Below, in pieces: positions 10,588 through 20,452 of a stretch of 64,000 bases of DNA; the stretch's first letter is position 1; each line of letters starts with the position of its first letter. Below the pieces are notes generated by a model. It was not told the DNA's origin. It ran no database searches and saw only the letters and a list, made by a program, of their open reading frames with translations. The stretch spans positions 207,276-271,275 of the forward strand of contig JAUIIA010000002.1 in NCBI GenBank assembly GCA_030432025.1. The letters are read 5' to 3'. The DNA comes from Alphaproteobacteria bacterium. GTDB taxonomy: Bacteria > Pseudomonadota > Alphaproteobacteria > Micavibrionales > Micavibrionaceae. Both the position numbers and the translations under genes were made by a program.

Positions 10588-10614
10588 GAGTTCAAGTCTC
10601 GCCGGGCCCACCAC
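10588..10614 (+). repeat. Exact 27-nt copy of the tRNA-Leu 3' end (T-loop to CCA); att-like direct repeat
   Basis: GAGTTCAAGTCTCGCCGGGCCCACCAC occurs at 10473-10499 (inside the tRNA) and again at 10588-10614. No matching 5' acceptor strand precedes the second copy. Confidence 0.85.
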
Positions 10615-10623
10615 TCCCCTCAA

Positions 10624-11385
10624 TCAACCTATCCGCGGCTGACCGTTAGAGGCGTTTACCCCGCCATCGACAGGCAGAACCACGCCGTTGACAAACCGCG
10701 CGTCATGCCCGGCCAAAAACGCAATCACATCACCGATCTCTTCCGGCTCGGCTGGACGACCCATCGGTATACGGTCTTCGAACTTCTTCATCATTTCCGC
10801 ATCACTGGTCAGACCTTCCGTCATATCTGTACGAGTCAAAGATGGTGCAACGGCGTTTACACGCACGCCCTTCGCCCCAAGATCCAACGCTAGTGCGCGC
10901 GTAACGTTGCTAACCGCGCCTTTGGTGGCGTTGTAAGAAAACAACCCCCAATCGCCCCCAATACCGGATACGGACGACACATTTACAATATTCCCTTTTA
11001 CCTTCTCCAAATGCGGCAAAGCTTTCTTGATTGTCAGGAATACCCCGCCCGCGTTAATCGCCATTTGCTTGTTCCAATCCTCTAGAGAGACGTCATCTAT
11101 GCCACCCATGACGGCAATCGCGGCATTATTGACCACAACATCAATGCGCCCGAACTTCTCCACCGTAGTGTTGATGAGCCTCTCCACATCCGCCTCCGAG
11201 GCAACATCTCCTGCAACAATAATGACATCATCCGGCTTGCTTATAGCATCGGCAACTTTCTGCAGCTTGGCTTCCGTACGACCGTTCAGAACAACTTTAT
11301 ATCCGTCATTGGCAAAACGTTTAGCTGTTGCCTCACCGATCCCCGAACCTGCGCCCGTAACAATTACAACCTTGTGATCTGTCAT
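10624..11385 (-). CDS. SDR family oxidoreductase
   Basis: TGAGSGIG cofactor motif, NNAA, and the catalytic S...YxxxK (YNATK); 253 aa. Confidence 0.9.
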   Translation of the reverse strand: MTDHKVVIVTGAGSGIGEATAKRFANDGYKVVLNGRTEAKLQKVADAISKPDDVIIVAGDVASEADVERLINTTVEKFGRIDVVVNNAAIAVMGGIDDVSLEDWNKQMAINAGGVFLTIKKALPHLEKVKGNIVNVSSVSGIGGDWGLFSYNATKGAVSNVTRALALDLGAKGVRVNAVAPSLTRTDMTEGLTSDAEMMKKFEDRIPMGRPAEPEEIGDVIAFLAGHDARFVNGVVLPVDGGVNASNGQPRIG

Positions 11386-11532
11386 TTTTTATCCTTTTAG
11401 AAGTTTAATAATCATGAATGTTTGATACAGGTAGTTTTGAATTTGTAATTGTGAAGCAATTGGCCTAAACCTCCTGATAGGAACCAAAAATAGTCACGGA
11501 CGTAGACTTCACAAACAAAGACAGGAACTCCT

Positions 11533-11967
11533 ATGCCCTTAGCCGCTAATTTAGTCATGCTCGCCGTTTACGGTCAGGTTGCCCTGACACTTGCCCTGCT
11601 CTTCATGACAGGAAAGCGTCGTATAAACGCGCTAAAAGACAAGAAAACCACCGTCGCTGAAATCGCATTGAACCCGATGGCTTGGCCGGAAGACGCACTA
11701 AAAGCCGCTAACTCCTACAAAAACCAGTTCGAAGTTCCCGTCTTGTTTTACATTGTATGTTTGATGTTTATGGGCTTTTCCAACCCTGACATGATTGTCG
11801 CCGTATTAGCGCTACTATTCACGCTATCGCGCTATATCCATGCATTTATTCACATCAACAGCAACCATGTGATCAAACGTGCGAGAGCCTTTTTCGCCAG
11901 CGCCCTTTTGGTAGGGCTGATGTGGCTATACCTGCTCTACTCACACATTCTGTCGTTACTGGGTTAA
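11533..11967 (+). CDS. MAPEG family membrane protein (putative)
   Basis: 144 aa with about four TM segments; NQFEVPVLF and LSRYIHAFIH resemble MAPEG signatures. Confidence 0.55.
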   Translation: MPLAANLVMLAVYGQVALTLALLFMTGKRRINALKDKKTTVAEIALNPMAWPEDALKAANSYKNQFEVPVLFYIVCLMFMGFSNPDMIVAVLALLFTLSRYIHAFIHINSNHVIKRARAFFASALLVGLMWLYLLYSHILSLLG

Positions 11968-12722
11968 TCGAGCGGAACCTGAAAGACTTCGGAAAGCACT
12001 TCACCCCCGCGATCACCAACAAGGTCGAGAACATCTTGCGTTGCTGTTTTAAGCACCGCCTCATCGACGGACCGAAGCACCACACTGACATTCAGGATAC
12101 CGCCACGAAAACTGGGGTAACTACCTATATCAACATTGTCGTACTGTTTCTGAACCTCGCCAAGCCCCTCGGCCATTATGCTTTCCTGCAAGTTACAACT
12201 GATCGTATTTGACTTGATCGTTTCACCGGGCCTGATATCCGCAACAACATTCTCCAGCATCGCCTGCATAATGCGCGGGACACCGGCCATAACAAATACA
12301 TTCTCCACACGAAAACCGGGCGCCCCCGAAACGGGATTTGGAATAAGGGATGCCCCCTCCGGCATATCCGCCATTGTCGCACGCGCATCGGTCAACTCCT
12401 CCGGGCCGTAATATTCCAGTAAAACCTGATACGCTTCCTCATGGCGGCCAAACGGCAAATCAAAAGCCTTTGCCACACATGACGACGTAATATCGTCATG
12501 CGTCGGACCAATACCGCCCGTGGTAAACACATAATCATATTCCTGACGGAAGGCATTCACGGCCTCGATAACCTTGTCTTCTATATCCGGCACCACACGA
12601 ACCTCGGCCAACGGCACACCATGCGCGGCCATCTTCTCACCGATCCATGCAGTATTCTTGTCCTGCGTTCGTCCTGAAAGTATTTCATTGCCTATGATAA
12701 CAAGCGACGATTTTTGCCCCAT
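11964..12722 (-). CDS. CinA-like molybdopterin-binding (MoCF biosynthesis) domain protein
   Basis: N-terminus IIGNEILSGRTQDKN and TTGGIGPTHDDIT are typical of the CinA N-terminal / MoaB-MogA fold; 252 aa. Confidence 0.8.
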   Translation of the reverse strand: MGQKSSLVIIGNEILSGRTQDKNTAWIGEKMAAHGVPLAEVRVVPDIEDKVIEAVNAFRQEYDYVFTTGGIGPTHDDITSSCVAKAFDLPFGRHEEAYQVLLEYYGPEELTDARATMADMPEGASLIPNPVSGAPGFRVENVFVMAGVPRIMQAMLENVVADIRPGETIKSNTISCNLQESIMAEGLGEVQKQYDNVDIGSYPSFRGGILNVSVVLRSVDEAVLKTATQDVLDLVGDRGGEVLSEVFQVPLD

Positions 12723-12804
12723 CTCTATAAAATCCTTGGTTTTTGGTCCTTGAGCACTATGATGCTTTCAAGATAATACGAAACGACAGAAGATAAAGAC
12801 TAAT

Positions 12805-13647
12805 ATGAAAGATGCCGCAATGAATGCAGAACCCAAATACACGCGCGAGGGTATCCAGCTTCACACAGAAAGCGACTTTGAAGGCATGCGCAAAGCAGGG
12901 GCTTTGGCGGCCGAAATTCTGGATATGATCACACCACACGTCCAGCCTGGTGTCACAACCGAGGAGATCGACCGTATCTGCCATGAATATGCGACGGAAA
13001 AAGGCGCGATTCCAGCACCACTCGGCTACGGCGCAGGCAACGGCCGTCCGCCATTCCCAAAGGCCACCTGCACATCCGTAAACCACGTTGTTTGCCACGG
13101 AATTCCGGGCGATAAGAAACTCGCCGAAGGCGACATCATGAATTTAGATGTCACCGTTATCGTTGATGGCTGGCACGGCGACACCAGTCGTATGTATCTT
13201 GTCGGTGATAAAATTCCGATCAAAGCCAAACGTCTTGTCGATGTGACTTATGACTCCATGATGAAGGGAATCGAGGTAGTAAAACCCGGCGCAACATTGG
13301 GTGATATCGGTCATGCTATCCAATCCTATGCCGAAAGCCAGCGTTTCTCCGTTGTTCGCGATTTCTGCGGTCATGGGCTGGGCAAAGTATTCCACTCACC
13401 GCCTTCGATCATGCATGTCGGTACACCAGGCACAGGAACTGTGTTGGAACCGGGCATGTTTTTCACAATCGAGCCGATGATCAACGCCGGCGCTTACCAG
13501 ACAAAAGTACTGCAGGATGGCTGGACCGCCGTCACCCGTGACCGCAGCCTCTCAGCGCAGTTTGAACATACATTGGCCGTAACCGATGACGGGTTCGAGA
13601 TTTTCACCAACTCTCACAAAGGCTACACAAAACCACCTTATACTTGA
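12805..13647 (+). CDS. map: Type I methionine aminopeptidase
   Basis: Metal-ligand context (VCHGIP, DVTVIVDGWHGD, FCGHGLG, FTIEPM, QFEHT); 280 aa. Confidence 0.93.
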   Translation: MKDAAMNAEPKYTREGIQLHTESDFEGMRKAGALAAEILDMITPHVQPGVTTEEIDRICHEYATEKGAIPAPLGYGAGNGRPPFPKATCTSVNHVVCHGIPGDKKLAEGDIMNLDVTVIVDGWHGDTSRMYLVGDKIPIKAKRLVDVTYDSMMKGIEVVKPGATLGDIGHAIQSYAESQRFSVVRDFCGHGLGKVFHSPPSIMHVGTPGTGTVLEPGMFFTIEPMINAGAYQTKVLQDGWTAVTRDRSLSAQFEHTLAVTDDGFEIFTNSHKGYTKPPYT

Positions 13648-13654
13648 TCCTGAT

Positions 13655-14350
13655 ATGACAGCCAAACGCCAGCCAAAAGCACCGCACTACAAAGGACACC
13701 GTGACCGTCTACGCGGACGTTTCCTTGAAAACGGGCCGAGTGCGTTACAGGATTATGAATTACTGGAGTTAGTGCTCTTTTTGGCTATACCGCAAAAAGA
13801 CGTCAAACCACTGGCAAAAGACCTGATTGCCCAATTTGGTGATTTAGCGGGCGTTATGAATGCTCCAATTGAGGAATTAACCAAAGTCGACGGTATAAAA
13901 GAAAAGACAGCCATCGCCCTCAAATCCATCACCGCCTTATCAAACAGAGCCGCCAAAGCAGAATTAATGAACAAGCCTGTGCTCAATTCATGGACGCGTT
14001 TGATGGATTACTGCATGACCTCTATGGCACATGAACAAAAGGAACATTTCCGTATCTTGTTTCTGAACAAAAAGAACGAGCTGATCGGCGATGAAATACA
14101 AAGCTCCGGAACGGTTGACCACACCCCGGCCTACCCGCGTGAGATCATGAAACGCGCACTAGAGCTTAGCGCAACAGCATTGATACTGGTCCACAACCAT
14201 CCTAGCGGAGACCCCAAACCCAGCGAAGCCGATATATATATAACACGGGAAATCATTCGCGCAGGCGAGCCGCTTGGCATCACCATCCATGATCATGTTA
14301 TAGTCAGCCGTGGGGGATACAGCAGCTTTAAATCTTTGGGGTTAATCTAA
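13655..14350 (+). CDS. radC: RadC-family JAB-domain protein
   Basis: JAMM motif HNHPSGDPKPSEAD and an N-terminal HhH-like region. ATG 13655 lies just after the map stop; the upstream part of the 13586 ORF overlaps map. Confidence 0.88.
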   Translation: MTAKRQPKAPHYKGHRDRLRGRFLENGPSALQDYELLELVLFLAIPQKDVKPLAKDLIAQFGDLAGVMNAPIEELTKVDGIKEKTAIALKSITALSNRAAKAELMNKPVLNSWTRLMDYCMTSMAHEQKEHFRILFLNKKNELIGDEIQSSGTVDHTPAYPREIMKRALELSATALILVHNHPSGDPKPSEADIYITREIIRAGEPLGITIHDHVIVSRGGYSSFKSLGLI

Positions 14351-15141
14351 TGAACTTGAGAATGCTTTTGGCCATTTTTTTAGCAGTGTTATTTACGCTG
14401 TCCTACATGGTGTATTTCTCACAAGGCCATAACCCGCTCGAAGCTGTCACACCGGACACGGAAACAAACGGGGCCATCGCCGAAAAAGATGACTTCGTCT
14501 ACAAAGTCGACCCCCGTCGCTTTGACCAAACCCCAAACAACGTCGCGATCACAGAAAAATGGACAGACGACAAAGATGTCATGGTTCTTATAAAACCGGA
14601 CAATCCTCGCGTTCGCCCGTATTACATCGACGCCTATGAGGCCACAATCTCCAACTACCGCGCCTGGTCTGTACCCGGACAAACACCCACGGACAAGCTC
14701 AGACCTGTTGATGCACAAGTTGCATGCGAAGCGGCCGGAAAGCGGCTTTGCAGCCAAACAGAATGGCAAACTGCCTGCCGTGGCGGCTCAACGAAGAAGA
14801 AGCCTTACACGATTGCTGCGGAACTCATGAAAATCTGCGACTTCGCACGATCAAAGGGATATGACAGAACCGACTACGTCAACAAAACCGATTCCCACCC
14901 GAAATGCACACCCCATGGTAGTTACCCGCTTCACCACATGCTTGGCAATCTGAGTGAATTTGCAGAGGATGACCGCGGTCGTGTTATGATACTCGGCCTT
15001 ACATACTATGATGGGAAGATGCGTGACAAAGCCACCAGAATGCGTCATGGTTGTGAGCGCATCGTTTCCGGAGGAGGACAATACCCGCCGGAACGTTTTA
15101 ACAAAGGATTGGGGTTCAGATGCTGCAAAACTGCGAGATAA
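14350..15141 (+). CDS. Formylglycine-generating-enzyme (SUMF1) domain protein, N-terminally anchored
   Basis: N-terminal TM/signal segment, HHMLGNLSEFAED and a C-terminal GLGFRCC typical of the FGE-sulfatase fold. The start overlaps the radC stop (TAATG). Confidence 0.65.
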   Translation: MNLRMLLAIFLAVLFTLSYMVYFSQGHNPLEAVTPDTETNGAIAEKDDFVYKVDPRRFDQTPNNVAITEKWTDDKDVMVLIKPDNPRVRPYYIDAYEATISNYRAWSVPGQTPTDKLRPVDAQVACEAAGKRLCSQTEWQTACRGGSTKKKPYTIAAELMKICDFARSKGYDRTDYVNKTDSHPKCTPHGSYPLHHMLGNLSEFAEDDRGRVMILGLTYYDGKMRDKATRMRHGCERIVSGGGQYPPERFNKGLGFRCCKTAR

Positions 15142-15641
15142 CAAACAGCAACCATTACGAGTATACAACCAACAGCTTATACCTGAGCGCTGAAGATATA
15201 CCCGCAGACCAATCGCATGCAGAACAAATCCGCGATCTTTTAAACAAAAAATCCCTTGAGCAACCCAAAGTCCTGATGATCGAAGACTCACAATTCGATA
15301 TGGTGCTCATCAAATCTTTGGTCGAAGAATATTTCCCGCTAACGCTCATTGATCACGCCCCCACCCGCGTGGATGGCCTTCGTCTTTTGAAGTGCGAACA
15401 ATACGACATGATCCTTCTTGACCTATACCTGCCCGACTCCGTCAGTCTGCAGGACATTCAGGATTTCAGAGATCTGGCACCCGAAACCCCGTTATTCATC
15501 TTCACAAGCATGTACACCACTGCCACACAAAAAGCGGCAAAGGAATATGGAGCCAACGGGATCGTCAGCAAAGAAGAGCTCAATAGAAGCACATTCGATA
15601 GCATCGTCAAAAATGCTGTCGACAATGTGGTTAACGCCTAA
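15120..15641 (+). CDS. Stand-alone response regulator receiver protein
   Basis: REC pattern VLMIEDS...DMILLDLYLPD...LFIFTS...K; no output domain; 173 aa including a ~55-aa N-terminal leader. Confidence 0.75.
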   Translation: MLQNCEITNSNHYEYTTNSLYLSAEDIPADQSHAEQIRDLLNKKSLEQPKVLMIEDSQFDMVLIKSLVEEYFPLTLIDHAPTRVDGLRLLKCEQYDMILLDLYLPDSVSLQDIQDFRDLAPETPLFIFTSMYTTATQKAAKEYGANGIVSKEELNRSTFDSIVKNAVDNVVNA

Positions 15642-15683
15642 ATTCATATATACACCCCGATGATGCGTGACTAAAATGGGGCC

Positions 15684-16409
15684 ATGCGTGCCCTGCTTTT
15701 CATATGTTTATTACTTACATCCGCCTGTGCGGCATCCCTTCCCAGCTCTGAACAGCTCGAGCTTGTAAAAGCGGCACGTGAGGAACCGCTCAAACTTGCG
15801 GTCGCTGAACGCGGCTTTGAATACGGCGCACCGGTCTTCTTACGCATCTTCAAAACCGAAGGACTGCTCGAAGTATGGATGCGGGACGAACACTCACAAA
15901 TCTACGCGCTGTATAACACTTACCCGATCTGTAAATTCTCGGGCAGCCTTGGCCCCAAACTTTACGAAGGCGATGAGCAAGCACCCGAGGGATTCTACAC
16001 AGTCACGGCAAAGGGCATGAACCCATGGAGCCGCCACCAACTGTCTTTCAATATCGGCTTCCCGAACGAATACGACCGCGCTCACGGTCGTACAGGCAGC
16101 CTTATCATGGTGCATGGCGGCTGCACCTCAATTGGCTGCTACGCAATGACTGACCCTGCGGTTGAGGAAATCTATCTACTCGTCGAAGCCAGCATCGAAA
16201 ACGGCGCAAACGTGCCCGTCCATATCTTTCCGTTCCGCATGACGGGCCGAAACATGACAAAAGCAATGCATAACGAATGGTTTCCGTTTTGGGCAAACCT
16301 GAAAGACGGCTATGATACGTTCGAACTGTACAGAATTCCTCCACGCGCTAGACACGAGGACGGAAAGTATGTATTTGAAACACCAAACAATAAATACGTA
16401 GCTTTTTAG
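15684..16409 (+). CDS. L,D-transpeptidase family protein (YafK-like)
   Basis: Signal peptide and the catalytic motif HGGCTSIGC (HxxxxSxGC); 241 aa. Confidence 0.8.
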   Translation: MRALLFICLLLTSACAASLPSSEQLELVKAAREEPLKLAVAERGFEYGAPVFLRIFKTEGLLEVWMRDEHSQIYALYNTYPICKFSGSLGPKLYEGDEQAPEGFYTVTAKGMNPWSRHQLSFNIGFPNEYDRAHGRTGSLIMVHGGCTSIGCYAMTDPAVEEIYLLVEASIENGANVPVHIFPFRMTGRNMTKAMHNEWFPFWANLKDGYDTFELYRIPPRARHEDGKYVFETPNNKYVAF

Positions 16410-16411
16410 AC

Positions 16412-17725
16412 ATGATCCCACGTTACTCACGGCCCGAGATGGCCAACATCTTCGAACAAGAAAACAAATTCCGCATCTGGCTGGAAGTTGAAACACTCGC
16501 ACTTGAGAAAATGGCGGAAATGGCCATTGTCCCGCAAAGCGCGGCTGAAGCCTTACGCCAAAAGGGCGATTTCGACATCGACCGCATCAACGAGATCGAA
16601 GCCGAAGTCAAACATGATGTCATCGCCTTTCTGACATCGGTTGCTGAATTTGTCGGTGAAGATAGCCGTTACGTTCACCAAGGCATGACATCATCGGATG
16701 TGATCGACACCAGCTTCGCCGTTATGCTGACACAAGCAGCCGACATCATCATTGAAGATCTGGATAAAGTACTGGAAGCCCTCAAAAAGCGATCCATGGA
16801 ACATAAGGATACGCTGTGCATTGGCCGCTCCCACGGCATTCACGGCGAACCGACAACATTCGGGCTGAAGCTCGCCGGCCACTACGCCGCCTTCAAGCGT
16901 GCGAAGGAACGCATGATCCGTGCGAAGGAAGAGGTTTCCACCATCACAATTTCAGGTGCAGTCGGCACATACGCCACCGCAGACCCCGCAATCGAGGAAC
17001 ACGTCGCCGACCAGTTAGGCTTGAAAGCTGAAACCGTCGCCACACAGGTTATTCCCCGCGACCGGCATGCCATGTTCTTTGCGACACTCGGAATCATCGC
17101 CAGCTCAATCGAAAACCTCGCCGTTGAAATTCGCCACCTGCAAAGAACCGAAGTCCGCGAAGCCGAGGAATATTTCGATCCGAAACAAAAGGGTTCCAGC
17201 GCGATGCCGCATAAGCGTAACCCGATCGGCTCCGAGAACCTGACAGGGCAAGCACGCATCATCCGCTCCGCCGTTATTCCCGCACTGGAAAATGTGGCCC
17301 TCTGGCATGAACGCGATATTTCCCACTCTGCCGTTGAACGCACGATACTGCCCGATGCATGTATCTCTTGTGATTACGCCCTGAACCGTCTGGCGAAACT
17401 CGTCGACAACCTGCTCGTCTACCCTGACCGTATGAAGCACAATCTGGAAATGACAGGCGGCCTAGTATTCTCCCAACGCACAATGCTGGCACTTACACAA
17501 GCAGGTATCCTGCGCGAGGACGCTTACCGCATCGTCCAGCGTAACGCGATGAAAGTGTGGGAGGACCGCAGCGGCGGACAAGGCTCCCTCACACTCCGAG
17601 ATGCGCTTGAGAATGATTCACAAGTCACTGAAAAACTTGACAAAGAAGCGCTCGACGCTATTTTTGATTACAGTGCTTACACAAAGAATATCCCCTCAAT
17701 TTTAGACCGAGCACTCAAAGAATAA
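16412..17725 (+). CDS. purB: Adenylosuccinate lyase
   Basis: Fumarate-lyase signature [11 protein letters not shown] and N-terminal RYSRPEM; 437 aa. Confidence 0.95.
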   Translation: MIPRYSRPEMANIFEQENKFRIWLEVETLALEKMAEMAIVPQSAAEALRQKGDFDIDRINEIEAEVKHDVIAFLTSVAEFVGEDSRYVHQGMTSSDVIDTSFAVMLTQAADIIIEDLDKVLEALKKRSMEHKDTLCIGRSHGIHGEPTTFGLKLAGHYAAFKRAKERMIRAKEEVSTITISGAVGTYATADPAIEEHVADQLGLKAETVATQVIPRDRHAMFFATLGIIASSIENLAVEIRHLQRTEVREAEEYFDPKQKGSSAMPHKRNPIGSENLTGQARIIRSAVIPALENVALWHERDISHSAVERTILPDACISCDYALNRLAKLVDNLLVYPDRMKHNLEMTGGLVFSQRTMLALTQAGILREDAYRIVQRNAMKVWEDRSGGQGSLTLRDALENDSQVTEKLDKEALDAIFDYSAYTKNIPSILDRALKE

Positions 17726-17735
17726 GGAGATCCGC

Positions 17736-18227
17736 ATGAAAGGCGATAAGAAGGTAATCGAATATCTAAATCAGGCACTCAAAAAAGAACTGGGTGCGAT
17801 TAACCAGTATTTCTTACATGCACGCATGCTCGACGACTGGGGCGTTACCAAGCTAGGTAAGCACGAATACAACGAATCCATCGAGGAGATGAAACATGCG
17901 GAAGAACTTATCGACCGTATCCTTTTCCTCGGCGGCATTCCGAACCTGCAAGAAGTTGCGAAACTTCACATCGGTGAAAACGTTAAAGAAATTCTGGAAT
18001 GCGACCTCAAGATCGAAATTGATGGCGTCAAAAACTACAAGGAAGCGGTCGCCTATGCCCGTGAAGTTCAGGATTTCGTATCAGAAGATCTGTTCAAAAA
18101 GATTTTAGCTGATGAAGAGGGTCACGTTGATTACCTCGAAACACAGCTCGAACTTGTCGAACAAATCGGTATTGAGCGTTACATTCAGTTGAATTCACAA
18201 AGTCCGCTAGACTCCGAAGGCGCGTAA
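17736..18227 (+). CDS. bfr: Bacterioferritin
   Basis: [12 protein letters not shown]...[14 protein letters not shown], ferroxidase ligands (E..H pairs) and the heme-axial Met context; 163 aa. Confidence 0.93.
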   Translation: MKGDKKVIEYLNQALKKELGAINQYFLHARMLDDWGVTKLGKHEYNESIEEMKHAEELIDRILFLGGIPNLQEVAKLHIGENVKEILECDLKIEIDGVKNYKEAVAYAREVQDFVSEDLFKKILADEEGHVDYLETQLELVEQIGIERYIQLNSQSPLDSEGA

Positions 18228-18231
18228 AGGC

Positions 18232-18762
18232 TTAAACCAGCCCGCGCCCCGGCTGCAAAATCCCCAAAGACGGATCATTGTCTTCGATTTTGGCATCCTG
18301 TGAGGCCGCCAACTCTTGAGCGCGTGCCTCCAATGCTGCTTCGTGCGCCGCCTTGGATTCCGCATCGAGGTTGTTGATATCCATAGATGACAAACCGGCT
18401 TCAGCCAATAAATCCGCACCTACGGACTCGCCATCAACGATAGCATCTTCAAGAAACGTAATAGCGTCGACGGGTGATAGCTCCGATGCGTCAAAACCAT
18501 CAGCTTCGAGGAAATTCGTTGCGCCTGCTTTCATGTCGGCACGCGCCATACCGTCATCATTAAACGCGCCCCATACACCGGGAAGGTTACCTAACGCTTC
18601 CACGCTAAAAGTAGGCGAGCTGGCACTGTCATCAACCGAAACAACAATCGCCTCGGGAATACCGTTAACCATGCGCACCAGCGTAACTTCGTGCGTAACA
18701 ATATCATCGGGACCATCTTGGCCCGGACCTAATTCAACATCTGTATCAATATTTGTAACCAT
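18232..18762 (-). CDS. Hypothetical acidic protein (176 aa)
   Basis: ORF with coding-like composition, very D/E-rich; no family recognised. Confidence 0.5.
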   Translation of the reverse strand: MVTNIDTDVELGPGQDGPDDIVTHEVTLVRMVNGIPEAIVVSVDDSASSPTFSVEALGNLPGVWGAFNDDGMARADMKAGATNFLEADGFDASELSPVDAITFLEDAIVDGESVGADLLAEAGLSSMDINNLDAESKAAHEAALEARAQELAASQDAKIEDNDPSLGILQPGRGLV

Positions 18763-18772
18763 CTCTACCCCT

Positions 18773-19081
18773 CTAATGTACTAGCGCTGAAAATTTCAAA
18801 AGTTTCGGCTTACGAATAGCCATGTTATCCGTCAGTTCGATCATCATCACTTCACGTGTTTTCATGAGTGAACGAAGCATTGAGTCATTCAGTGACAACC
18901 CCAAATCCTGAAGTTTTCCATCTTCGGTAACTAATTGTACGGAATCCGCATACTGGTCATACTGTACCCAGATATAATCGTGCTGAGCGCGGCCTTTATG
19001 AACAATTGCAACGCTTCCCGTTCTGGAAACGACAAACTCCACAGGCATGTCTTGTGATAATGGATTGAGAAGCATATACAC
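18773..19081 (-). CDS. Hypothetical protein (102 aa)
   Basis: ORF 10 nt upstream of the previous gene on the same strand; no family recognised. Confidence 0.5.
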   Translation of the reverse strand: MYMLLNPLSQDMPVEFVVSRTGSVAIVHKGRAQHDYIWVQYDQYADSVQLVTEDGKLQDLGLSLNDSMLRSLMKTREVMMIELTDNMAIRKPKLLKFSALVH

Positions 19082-19295
19082 CCTACTTATTAATTTTTAT
19101 TTTGATTATGGTAACAAAACGGGGCTCAAAAGTAAAGATTTTAACCCTTCACTCTAAATACAGCTTGGAAAAGTGTGAATTTCTATCATTTTTTAATGAG
19201 AATGACTTGCAATCACATAAATTTAGGACATATAGTGAAGTATGTGAGTAAGAATCACTCGCACTCACTACAGACAATTGAAAGACTGCTTATTT

Positions 19296-19484
19296 ATGTT
19301 CGTGTGCTTGTGTAACCCGTTTAGCGACAAAAAGGTCAAGGAACACCTTGAGGGCCACGGAAAACGTGCCCGTGTCGGGGATACTTACCGTGCATGCTCA
19401 GGCGGCGAAAACCCGAACTGCTGCCAATGTCTGGAAACACTCAAAGACATCGTTAAAAGCCATAACGACACGGTCAGCGCCTAA
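19296..19484 (+). CDS. bfd: Bfd-like (2Fe-2S)-binding protein
   Basis: MFVCLCN...CCQC cysteine pattern (CxC ... CxxC) of bacterioferritin-associated ferredoxin. The ORF opens at 19278; the start is uncertain. Confidence 0.75.
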   Translation: MFVCLCNPFSDKKVKEHLEGHGKRARVGDTYRACSGGENPNCCQCLETLKDIVKSHNDTVSA

Positions 19485-19492
19485 TACGCGAC

Positions 19493-19735
19493 ATGCACGC
19501 TTGCTATTGCAACAATTTCAACCGACAAGTTATCGCAGACACCCCCACCATGAAGGGCCCTGCCCCAGTCCCCGAAGACAATCGCACAATTCTAAAAATC
19601 TATCTGGAAGCATCTCAAGGCAAACGCCCGAACTGCTTTAATTGCAAAGGCCATATAGTAGAGATGATCCGCGAGAAAAACGGAGATGCGGCAGCAACCG
19701 CTTCCTCCGGATCAGACGGCCAGCCTCCACCCTGA
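19493..19735 (+). CDS. Second Bfd-like (2Fe-2S)-binding domain protein
   Basis: MHACYCN...NCFNCKGHI shows the same CxC...CxxC pattern, with a longer linker and tail. Confidence 0.65.
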   Translation: MHACYCNNFNRQVIADTPTMKGPAPVPEDNRTILKIYLEASQGKRPNCFNCKGHIVEMIREKNGDAAATASSGSDGQPPP

Positions 19736-19840
19736 CATTCGCCACCTGACATCCACAGCCAATTTGTGCAAACTCTTGCAATCCCAACGCCTCTGTGGCA
19801 CCTCTATTGTATTCAAATCAATATGTGGAGATATACACAC

Positions 19841-20443
19841 ATGCTTAGATCATTCCTTTTGACCCTAATCGGGAGTTTTGTACTTATGACTGCCAATGCA
19901 GACGCCGCAGAACCGGCGAACACACTTGTTCTTGAACTTTCCACTGGTGGAAATGTTGAAATCGAAATGCTGCCTAACCGCGCACCCGGTCACGTTGACC
20001 GTATCAAAAAGCTGACACGTGAAGGTTTTTACGATGGTATCGTATTCCACCGTGTAATTGACGGCTTCATGGCGCAAACTGGCGACCCGACAGGCACAGG
20101 CACAGGCGGCAGCGATGAGCCGGACCTGACAGCTGAATTCACTGACTACCCTTACAAGCGTGGTACTGTCGGCATGGCCCGTACAGCTGCCCCTAACACA
20201 GCGAACTCACAGTTCTTCATCTGCTTCACAGATGACGGCTGTAGCTTCCTGACAGGTCAGTACACAGTATGGGGCCAAGTCACAAGCGGCATGGAGCATG
20301 TAGATGCGATTGCCAAAGGTGAACCACCTGCTAACCCTGACAAAATCGAAAAAGCTTACATTGCGGCTGACGCTGCCAATGACGCTGAACCTGCTGCCGG
20401 CGAAGAGCCAGCTGCCGAGGACGGCGAAGCTGCTGCTGAATAA
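19841..20443 (+). CDS. Periplasmic cyclophilin-type peptidyl-prolyl cis-trans isomerase
   Basis: Signal peptide from ATG 19841 (MLRSFLLTLIGSFVLMTANADA); FHRVIDGFMAQTGDPTGTG and NSQFFIC motifs. Confidence 0.9.
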   Translation: MLRSFLLTLIGSFVLMTANADAAEPANTLVLELSTGGNVEIEMLPNRAPGHVDRIKKLTREGFYDGIVFHRVIDGFMAQTGDPTGTGTGGSDEPDLTAEFTDYPYKRGTVGMARTAAPNTANSQFFICFTDDGCSFLTGQYTVWGQVTSGMEHVDAIAKGEPPANPDKIEKAYIAADAANDAEPAAGEEPAAEDGEAAAE

Positions 20444-20452
20444 GGCAGCCTA

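Noticed and set aside
10293-10893. ORFs 10293..10595 (minus) and 10558..10893 (plus) around the tRNA.
   Set aside because: The first spans the tRNA-Leu gene and the second lies antisense to the SDR gene. Neither has coding-like features.
19170-19265. A Fur-box-like sequence (TTTTAATGAGAATGACTTGC) and a GTGAGT...ACTCAC inverted repeat upstream of bfd.
   Set aside because: The best alignment to the 19-bp Fur consensus is only about 12/19 by eye. Alphaproteobacteria often use Irr or RirA instead, so I cannot support a call without a PWM scan.
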